A DNA stretch of 64,000 bases from Polyangiaceae bacterium (GTDB lineage Bacteria; Myxococcota_A; Polyangia; Polyangiales; Polyangiaceae): positions 32,001 to 96,000 of the forward strand of contig JBILLK010000001.1 of NCBI GenBank assembly GCA_044376115.1. The letters are read 5' to 3'. Position numbers and translations under genes: made by a program. The first letter of the stretch is position 1. Each line of letters begins with the position of its first letter. The notes under the pieces are model-generated. The model was not told the origin of the DNA. It saw only the letters and a list, made by a program, of their open reading frames with translations, and made no database searches. Positions 1 through 7,237 of this stretch are shown here, one piece after another.

Positions 1-336
1 ATCCATGTACTTGGTCCCCGTCGGATCATCAGGGTTGAGTACGGAACGAGTCTTGGCGAGCGAGCCATCCACGTACGCGAAGGTGTCGCAGCCGTTCATA
101 AAGAAGATTTGGTACTTCTCTGCTCGGAATTCACCCTTCTTCGCGAGCGCCTTTACGTTCTGCCCGAGGCCGGCATGGCCGTTGTAGAAGATGAGATCGG
201 CCTCTGTGCTGAGCCCCTCGTAGCGCTGATAGAAGGTTTGCGGCGCCGACGAGATATTGTCGGTTAGCAAGGCATTGATCACGATCTTGCGGCCATTCGA
301 CAACGTTATCTCGGCCGTTACGTCGGGGTTACCCAC
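1..336 (-). CDS. Fragment of a conserved myxobacterial secreted-type protein; runs off the window edge and appears 5'-truncated
   Basis: Hand translation of the minus strand (not in the ORF track) gives VGNPDVTAEITLSNGRKIVINALLTDNISSAPQTFYQRYEGLSTEADLIFYNGHAGLGQNVKALAKKGEFRAEKYQIFFMNGCDTFAYVDGSLAKTRSVLNPDDPTGTKYMD. The frame stays open upstream of ~340 but no longer looks like protein. Confidence 0.65.
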   Translation of the reverse strand, partial: MGNPDVTAEITLSNGRKIVINALLTDNISSAPQTFYQRYEGLSTEADLIFYNGHAGLGQNVKALAKKGEFRAEKYQIFFMNGCDTFAYVDGSLAKTRSVLNPDDPTGTKYMD

Positions 337-509
337 ACCCCCAAGTGGCAGAAGGGAGCCGATCGGTACTATGCATGCCGCGCAACATTGGCGCCGGCGG
401 CAAAGGAGGCGGCCCAAGCGTTCGAGGCAGCTTGCCGCGCCATGGTGCCGATCGACTGGGATTGATCGACTTGCCGACGAACTGAGGCCGTGGCGCGCAA
501 GCGTAGAAC

Positions 510-1256
510 TTAGGCCGTAGCGCGCGCGAGGGTGCGGTTGACCATGCCAAAGGTAACCGTCATGCGGCCCTGAAGCGCGTGCACCACCACGCCTGGACCA
601 AACTTAGAGTGGTTGATGGCATCGCCGACCTCGTACCGCTCGGTCGCCGCGTAGGCTTTCAGCGCAGCCTTCGCCGTTCGGCTCTCGAACCACATATGTC
701 GAGCCGGTACGCCAAAGGTCGCCTTGTCGATGAAGTCGAGGAAGGGCCATAGTGCCTTGCGGTTGGCTGACTCGATGCGCGCAAGCACGTTTGCCACGGG
801 GCTAACGCCGCCTTTGGCGAGCGCAGCAACGTTCTCCGGCTGCGGCTCGAGGGCTTCGCACTCCGTGCGAATGGGCGCAAGGAGCGCCTCGTCGGCGGCG
901 GTTGGTTCAGGATTCGTGATGGTGTTGAAGCAAAGCTTCATGCAGCGATTGACCTGCGGACCTCCCACAGCAATCGCTTGCAGAAAGTCTTGAGCATCCA
1001 TCGCAGCAACCCAAAACTGCCCTTCGCTGCCGACGTAAACGACAGGGTGAGAGGCTCGGCCTGCCTTCCAAATTGCGTACGTCCCGCCACTTCCGTCGGT
1101 CGTGAGCAGATCCAGAGCCAAGGCGATTTTGTCACGCGCAGTTTCGCCGAGCGGAGCGAGCAGCTGCAGGGTCCCACTCTTGTTCGGCCGGCGAAGGTCG
1201 TTGGCGCGGATGGGGAAGAGAGTGGCAATGAGAGCTTTCTGCTCGCGAACGTCCAT
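510..1256 (-). CDS. Hypothetical protein with an SMI1/KNR4(SUKH)-like segment and a C-terminal Tudor/SH3-like domain
   Basis: 248 aa ORF. DGSGGTYAIW...PVVYVGSEGQ...DFL resembles SUKH immunity proteins; YEVGDAINHSKFGPGVV...VTFG resembles the PcrA/UvrD C-terminal Tudor-like domain. Confidence 0.7.
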   Translation of the reverse strand: MDVREQKALIATLFPIRANDLRRPNKSGTLQLLAPLGETARDKIALALDLLTTDGSGGTYAIWKAGRASHPVVYVGSEGQFWVAAMDAQDFLQAIAVGGPQVNRCMKLCFNTITNPEPTAADEALLAPIRTECEALEPQPENVAALAKGGVSPVANVLARIESANRKALWPFLDFIDKATFGVPARHMWFESRTAKAALKAYAATERYEVGDAINHSKFGPGVVVHALQGRMTVTFGMVNRTLARATA

Positions 1257-1293
1257 GAAGATCCTTTTGAAAAAGATGCGTTGCAGATGAGGG

Positions 1294-3588
1294 CTAGGCG
1301 CGCATCGACGGTGGAATGAGCGGGCTCGGCTCGGCGGTCGTGATCAGCCACAGTTGGTGCGCTGCACGAGTCGCTCCGATATGCAGAAGGTGACGCGCTT
1401 CATCGTCAGCGGGGTAGGTACTGGCGTTGACGTCTACCAATACGACGTAGTCGTATTCGAGACCCTTAACCTGCTTCACATCGGTCACTTCGACTCCGGG
1501 GCGAAACGAGAACTCGAACGCACGGATGCGGCGCAGGTTCGGGATGTCTGCCATTTTTAGCGCGCTGTAATAGGCGTCGGCTTGCTCGGGAAAGCGGGCG
1601 AGAATGGCGAGTGTTGCATTGGGCTCGCGAGCGAGCAGCGGACGAATCGCGTCAGCCAAGAAGCCGACGGCCGCGCCTGGACTCGGGAACTCGTGCAACT
1701 CGACCGGCGCACCCGACCGATGCGCGACCGGGGGCGTAGGATCGGCAAGCGGACCGAGTACGTAGCGAGCGACCTCGAGCACCTCTTTGGTCGAGCGATA
1801 GGCGATGCGAAGCGGCTCGATGTCGACGCGCGACATGCCGAGATCGTCGAGCACTTTGCTCCAATCCTTGAAGCCCGAATCCATATGGATACGTTGTGCG
1901 GTGTCCCCAGCGAGCGTGGCCGAACGATGAACCATACCGTCCCCAATCTCTTCCGCGCTCTGGCGTCTCCCGCCCTTGACCGTGTCGGCTTGGGGCGTGA
2001 TATCGCGCACGCAGTTCAGAAGAACCGCAAGGTCGATCGATGAAAGGTCCTGAGCCTCATCGACGAAGAGATGCTCGTAAACGAGCGGGCCCTTCATACC
2101 TTTGCGCAACTCGCCCTTGATCACCTGGTAGGCGCGCAATAGCAGTGCGTCGTCTTCAGGGTCGAGGCGGGCGCGGTCGTCGTCCTCGATGTCGCGATCG
2201 TCGACGCCACGCTTACGCTCGTCCTCAACACCATCATTGGCGGGCTCATCTTCCTGCGCCGCCTTGCGTTCAGAGCGGTCGCCTGGGTCCAAGTCAACCA
2301 CCGCCGGGCACCGGTCTGAACACCAACGCCAGGCTCGACGCTGATCACTTTCCGGGAACTCGGGGTCCGGAGACGCGGCGAACGCCGCTGCGATTTGATC
2401 CCAGTTGGTGAGGAAGTCCGCCCAGAAGAACAGGACACCGTGTGAGTCTTTTCGGGTCTTCGGGTCTTGAGCGAACTCTGTGGCGCGCTCCTCGAGCAAG
2501 CGCAACAGCACCGGGTGTGTCTTCAAGCGGGTGACCACGCTCGGTGTGCCGTCTTCAACCTCAACGTCGAGCCACGGGAAATGTTTGCGGCGCTGCTCTG
2601 CGGCCCACTCGGCGTAGGTTTCGATGGGCAGCGCATCGATGCCGAGCGCCGGTAGCATCTCTCCGATGTACGCGCGGAGCGCGGGGCTACCGACCACGAC
2701 CAGCATCTTGTCGGGAGAGAACCGCTGTTTGTTTTGATAGGCCAGGAACGCGAGCCGGTGCACGCCGATCGTCGTCTTTCCGCTGCCGGCGCCGCCCTGA
2801 ATGACCACCAAACCCGTATCCGGCTTGCTGATGAGCTCGAACTGACGCGGATCCAGCAGCGCGGCGATCTCAGGTAGGTGCCGGTCTTCTCGCTGAGCGC
2901 CGGAGTCATCGATGCCTAGCGTCCCGCGCATATCCGAAGGGCGAACGGCTTTGCCCTGACCGCCCGAGAGCTCGGTCGAAGCGACAGAAAGTGCACGCCA
3001 GCCCGCTTGACCCTTCACATAGACGCCTTGAGGCGCAGTAACGCGTCGTAGGTCTGCGTTCTGAATCGTCACCGTACGGCGAGTGAGCACCGAACCGACA
3101 ACCTCACGGTCGGCGATAACCTCCTCGTACTCAGCGCCTTCTTCGTACTTGTAATAGATCTGGCTGAGCGGCGCGTGGCGCCAGTCAACGATGCGCACGC
3201 CGGCCTTGGCATCGATCAGCGTGGTCTTGCCGATCAACACGTCACGGGCTGGTTTCCCCTCCTCCGTGAGCCGAACGTGCCCGAAGTAGGGCGACTTGGG
3301 GTCAACCGCCTCCACGATGTTCTCCGAACGCTTCGCTGCGATGCTCGCAACCCGCTCCATTTGCTGCACCAGCGCCGGCACGTCTTCCAGCCGCGCGACG
3401 GCGATCTGGTCACGCAGCGAGATCAGGTCCTCTTCGTAGTCGCCAATCGGCGGCGGCTTTGAAGGTCTGTAGGTCGCGAGGAAATCGTTAACGCGGCGGA
3501 GGATCTGCTCTTCCTCTTTTACGATCGTGAGGTCTGGCTGGATTGCCGGGGCCGCCGCATCGGGTTTCTCGTCTTTGGTGTTCTGCAT
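1294..3588 (-). CDS. helD: HelD-like superfamily 1 (UvrD-related) helicase/ATPase, putative RNA polymerase recycling factor
   Basis: N-terminal SPYFGHV...IVDWRHAPLSQIYY, Walker A QGGAGSGKT followed by HRLAFLAY, DEAQD, GDTAQ, YRST, KGLEYD, TRA. Start placed at ATG 3588; the ORF is open to 3699. Confidence 0.8.
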   Translation of the reverse strand: MQNTKDEKPDAAAPAIQPDLTIVKEEEQILRRVNDFLATYRPSKPPPIGDYEEDLISLRDQIAVARLEDVPALVQQMERVASIAAKRSENIVEAVDPKSPYFGHVRLTEEGKPARDVLIGKTTLIDAKAGVRIVDWRHAPLSQIYYKYEEGAEYEEVIADREVVGSVLTRRTVTIQNADLRRVTAPQGVYVKGQAGWRALSVASTELSGGQGKAVRPSDMRGTLGIDDSGAQREDRHLPEIAALLDPRQFELISKPDTGLVVIQGGAGSGKTTIGVHRLAFLAYQNKQRFSPDKMLVVVGSPALRAYIGEMLPALGIDALPIETYAEWAAEQRRKHFPWLDVEVEDGTPSVVTRLKTHPVLLRLLEERATEFAQDPKTRKDSHGVLFFWADFLTNWDQIAAAFAASPDPEFPESDQRRAWRWCSDRCPAVVDLDPGDRSERKAAQEDEPANDGVEDERKRGVDDRDIEDDDRARLDPEDDALLLRAYQVIKGELRKGMKGPLVYEHLFVDEAQDLSSIDLAVLLNCVRDITPQADTVKGGRRQSAEEIGDGMVHRSATLAGDTAQRIHMDSGFKDWSKVLDDLGMSRVDIEPLRIAYRSTKEVLEVARYVLGPLADPTPPVAHRSGAPVELHEFPSPGAAVGFLADAIRPLLAREPNATLAILARFPEQADAYYSALKMADIPNLRRIRAFEFSFRPGVEVTDVKQVKGLEYDYVVLVDVNASTYPADDEARHLLHIGATRAAHQLWLITTAEPSPLIPPSMRA

Positions 3589-3759
3589 GGGCAATTGGGG
3601 TTGTCGCGCATGCCACACGAGCGGTCTGATGTCGAGATCCGGCGGCATGAGGGAGGCTAAAGCCGGTGCTTTGTTCCGTCGTTGACCAAAGCTCAACAAC
3701 TAGCTTGCACCGAAACTACTTCGCACATAAAACTTTTTTATCCGAAGCATCGAGGGTGC

Positions 3760-4983
3760 ATGATCGACTTTCAGCCTACAGAAGAACAACTGCTGATGAT
3801 CAGGGCGGTATCGCAGTTTGCCGGCGGCCTCCGCTCAAACGTTCGCGAGTTTGAGCGCGCGCAGTCGGTTCCTGCAGCCGTAGTCGCGGAAGCTGCGGGG
3901 ATGGGACTTGGACCAGCCATCCACATCCCGGCAAGCCACGGTGGTGCTGGGCTTGGCATGGTGACCGCCGTTCTCTTGGAGGAGGCACTCGCTGAAGTCG
4001 ATGCGGGTGTGGCCTTTGGCTTACCGGGAGGGTCGTTTGCTACCGCGGTGGCAGAGCTTTGCACTTCAGAGCAAGCATCGATGTGGTTGCCCAAGGTTTT
4101 GGAGGCAGGTGGGATGGGGGCGGTTTGCTTCAGCGAAGGCAAACCAAACCGTGCCCGACCAGGGTTCCTTACGGAGGCAACAGCCAACGAGGGCGGCTTC
4201 GTTCTGAAGGGGGAAAAAGCGTTCGTGCTCAACGCTGACCGCGCGAGCCACCTGCTCGTGTTCGCGCAACTCGAGGCAAGCAAAGGCTGGGAAGGATTGG
4301 CCGCCTTCGTCGTTGAGGCCAACGCCGACGGTGTAGTGATTGCGCCCTCAGTGCCGACCCTGGGACTGAACTGTGTCCGCTCGAGCTCGGTACACCTCAA
4401 TGACGTCAAGGTCCCCGCAGACGCACGAGTTGGTGGCGCTGGGCAGGACCTAACGCGAGCGATGCTTCGGTTCTTCGCGAAGGAGGGTCTCAAGACCGCC
4501 GCACGTGCAGTTGGCCTGTGTCAATCAGCGCTGGGAACCTCGCTCGAATACGTGAGCAACCGCAAAGCGTTTGGCAAGCCGATCGGACACTTTCAAGCCA
4601 TTGCCTTCACGCTCGCGGATCGCTCGATGGATGTCGACGCCGCACGAACGCTGGTTTGGCAGGCGGCAGCGCGCTGGGACCATCACGAAGCAAAGCCGAC
4701 TTCGCGAAGCGAGAAGGAGGCGCTTCTAGCTTCCGCGTTCGCCATCTCCTTTGCGTTGGAATCGGCCATGAAGGCCGGTGATTGCGCAGTGCAACTGCAC
4801 GGTGGAGCGGGCTTTATCCGCGACTACATCGTGGAAAAATTGATGCGCGACGCCAAGCAGCTGCAGGTCTGCTTCCTCACCTCCGAGCAGGCCGACCAGA
4901 TCGCTGCCACGCTCGAGCTAGGGTTGCCACTCGATCCCGCCGTCGTCCTTCCAACGCCCGAAACGCAGTCCGTTTTTACCTGA
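3760..4983 (+). CDS. Acyl-CoA dehydrogenase family protein, degenerate (FadE24-like) subunit
   Basis: GEKAFV, RKAFGKPIGHFQAI, AVQLHGGAGFIRDY..EKLMRDAK; lacks the terminal YEG/FEG motif. Start at MIDFQPTEEQ. Confidence 0.88.
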   Translation: MIDFQPTEEQLLMIRAVSQFAGGLRSNVREFERAQSVPAAVVAEAAGMGLGPAIHIPASHGGAGLGMVTAVLLEEALAEVDAGVAFGLPGGSFATAVAELCTSEQASMWLPKVLEAGGMGAVCFSEGKPNRARPGFLTEATANEGGFVLKGEKAFVLNADRASHLLVFAQLEASKGWEGLAAFVVEANADGVVIAPSVPTLGLNCVRSSSVHLNDVKVPADARVGGAGQDLTRAMLRFFAKEGLKTAARAVGLCQSALGTSLEYVSNRKAFGKPIGHFQAIAFTLADRSMDVDAARTLVWQAAARWDHHEAKPTSRSEKEALLASAFAISFALESAMKAGDCAVQLHGGAGFIRDYIVEKLMRDAKQLQVCFLTSEQADQIAATLELGLPLDPAVVLPTPETQSVFT

Positions 4984-4990
4984 GGCTCGT

Positions 4991-6220
4991 ATGACCATCG
5001 ACGTTGTGCTCTCGCCGCGACAAGAAGAACTGCGCGAAGGAATTCGCGGAGTAGCCAAAGGGATCATTCGACCTGAGAGTCTCGCGTGGGACCGAGGCCA
5101 CGGTATCCCGGACGAGTTTCTCACCCGCTTCACCCTGATGGCGCAGGCCATGGGCGGCTCCGCGGGCACGTGGGGCGTGCAAGGAATGGCCGGCGAGGAG
5201 AAGCCTCGAGATGGCGCCAAGAAGAGCTCGACGATGGTGACCACGGTCATCTCGGCTGAAGAGATGGCTTGGGGCGATGCTGCGTTGCTGCTGTGCCTAC
5301 CGGGTCCTGGGCTCGGCGGTCCTCCCGTTCGAAGCTCAGGAACGCCCGAACAGAAAGAGCGCTTCTTCTCGATCTTTCGCGACATGTCGAACGGCCTCAA
5401 GTGGGGCGCCTACGCCCTTACCGAGCCTGGTGCGGGCAGCGACGTAGCCGGCATTCGTACGAGCTGTCGCAAGGAGGGTTCGCATTGGGTGCTGAACGGC
5501 CGCAAGTGCTACATCACCAACGGCGGTCGCGCGTCCTGGAACGTCGTCTTTGCGACCATCGATCCTTCGCTAGGGCGCGCGGGACATCGCGCATTTGTGG
5601 TCGAGAAGGGCACGCCCGGATTCTCGGTCGGCAAGATCGAAGAAAAGATGGGCCTGCGTGCGAGCGAGACCGCGGAGCTCGTACTGGAAGAGTGCCGCGT
5701 ACCCGCCGAGAACCTACTCGGCGGCGAGGAGAAGTACCAAACCAAGGAGGGCTTTCTCACGGCGATGAAGACCTTCGACAACACTCGCCCACTCGTCGCT
5801 GCGATGGCCATTGGCATCGGGCGCGCTGCCTACGACTACGCCAAGGACTTCGTTCGCGAACACTATCTCCTATCTCGGCCAATTCCTCGTTACGCGGCGA
5901 TCGCCGAGCGACTGGCTCGCGTAGGTCGCCAGCTCGAGGCGGCGCGCGCTGTAACGCTCCGAGCCGCGTGGTTGGGGGACAACGAGATCGCTAACGCCAA
6001 GGAGGCCAGCACGGCGAAGGCGATGGGGGGACAGGCGGCGATCGCTGCCTGCATCGAGGCGATCGAGATCTGTGGAGCTCACGGCACTTTGGCTGGCGAT
6101 CACCAGCTGCTCGAGAAATGGTTCCGCGATATCAAGGTCTATGACATTTTCGAGGGCACGGGGCAGATCCAGCGCATCGTGATCTCGAAGCGCCTTATGC
6201 CGGATTTGCGGGCGTTCTAG
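4991..6220 (+). CDS. Acyl-CoA dehydrogenase (FadE23-like)
   Basis: ALTEPGAGSD, LNGRKCYITN, KMGLRASET, EKWFRDIKVYDIFEGTGQIQR with the catalytic Glu. Confidence 0.93.
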   Translation: MTIDVVLSPRQEELREGIRGVAKGIIRPESLAWDRGHGIPDEFLTRFTLMAQAMGGSAGTWGVQGMAGEEKPRDGAKKSSTMVTTVISAEEMAWGDAALLLCLPGPGLGGPPVRSSGTPEQKERFFSIFRDMSNGLKWGAYALTEPGAGSDVAGIRTSCRKEGSHWVLNGRKCYITNGGRASWNVVFATIDPSLGRAGHRAFVVEKGTPGFSVGKIEEKMGLRASETAELVLEECRVPAENLLGGEEKYQTKEGFLTAMKTFDNTRPLVAAMAIGIGRAAYDYAKDFVREHYLLSRPIPRYAAIAERLARVGRQLEAARAVTLRAAWLGDNEIANAKEASTAKAMGGQAAIAACIEAIEICGAHGTLAGDHQLLEKWFRDIKVYDIFEGTGQIQRIVISKRLMPDLRAF

Positions 6221-6231
6221 ACTCAGCGCGG

Positions 6232-6726
6232 ATGATGAACTTCGAGCAGATCGATTGGGACAAGTGGAAGCCAACGGACCTGGCGACGCTCCTGTTCGTC
6301 GTTCGGGCTGGCCAGGTGCTGATGATTCGAAAGAAGCGCGGACTTGGCGCAGGGAAGATCAACGGGCCCGGCGGTAGAATTGAGCCCGGGGAGACCCTGC
6401 TTCAATGTGCTTTGCGTGAGACGCGGGAAGAGATCGGCGTACGAGCGCTCGGAGCTCGCGAACTGGGTCAGCTCAGGTTCCAGTTTGCCGACGGGTACGC
6501 CCTTCAAGCCCACGTCTTTCGTGCCGACGATTTCGAGGGCGAGCTGATCGAAACCGATGAAGCGATTCCGCTCTGGTTCGCGGCCGATGCGCTCCCGTAT
6601 GACGAGATGTGGGCAGATGATCGGCTCTGGTTGCCCCTAATGCTGGAAGAAACGCCGTTTTCTGCGCGCTTCTTGTTCGATGCTGAACACATGCTTGGGC
6701 ACGAGTTCGACCAACCAAAGAAATAG
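6232..6726 (+). CDS. NUDIX hydrolase, MTH1-like 8-oxo-dGTP diphosphatase
   Basis: KKRGLGAGKINGPGGRIEPGET...RETREEIG Nudix box; PYDEMWADDRLW. Confidence 0.9.
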   Translation: MMNFEQIDWDKWKPTDLATLLFVVRAGQVLMIRKKRGLGAGKINGPGGRIEPGETLLQCALRETREEIGVRALGARELGQLRFQFADGYALQAHVFRADDFEGELIETDEAIPLWFAADALPYDEMWADDRLWLPLMLEETPFSARFLFDAEHMLGHEFDQPKK

Positions 6727-6771
6727 TCGGTCACATCCAACGCCCAGAGCGCACCTGGATGAGAGGCAATC

Positions 6772-7215
6772 ATGCGGGTTTCAAAAAGGGTTCGGTTGGG
6801 TCTCAGCGGCACCTCACTTGCGCTCGCCACGCTGGCAAGCGTCGGTTGCACGAGCGAGAGTGCGTCGGCAACCAAAGAGGAGCTTCGTCCTCAGGCGTAT
6901 CGGATGGAGCAGGCCGTCGGCACCATCCTGGAGCAGCAAGCGCGCGAGGATGCGCAGCGGAGTACTGACCGGGCTGTGTCGCTCAACAACGAGCAGCCGG
7001 TCGATGCCTCAAGCCCTTGGTTTCTGAAGCCGGCGGGAGCTGTGGATGGTTCAAGAGAGGTTGCCGCTCGCCCCGTTGCAGACGTACCGGAGACGCAACA
7101 GCCACCGGCGATCGTCGTAGGTCAACCTGGGAAGCCAAAACCCCCCGTCACGCAGCCCGTTCAACCTCAGCGGCCGCGCGGTTGGGAGATCCGAGCCGCT
7201 TGCGGTCGGGGCTGA
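6772..7215 (+). CDS. Putative lipoprotein and candidate RiPP-like precursor with a C-terminal AACGRG motif
   Basis: Basic n-region, hydrophobic h-region and SVG-C26 lipobox; Pro/Gln-rich linker; ends WEIRAACGRG*. Lies 22 bp upstream of the DUF692 gene. Confidence 0.75.
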   Translation: MRVSKRVRLGLSGTSLALATLASVGCTSESASATKEELRPQAYRMEQAVGTILEQQAREDAQRSTDRAVSLNNEQPVDASSPWFLKPAGAVDGSREVAARPVADVPETQQPPAIVVGQPGKPKPPVTQPVQPQRPRGWEIRAACGRG

Positions 7216-7237
7216 GCGGCCCGAGCATGACGACACG

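Noticed and set aside
3760..6726. Acyl-CoA dehydrogenases and NUDIX gene as part of the MNIO cluster
   Set aside because: They are co-oriented but look like ordinary housekeeping enzymes; there is no sequence evidence of a functional link without synteny data.
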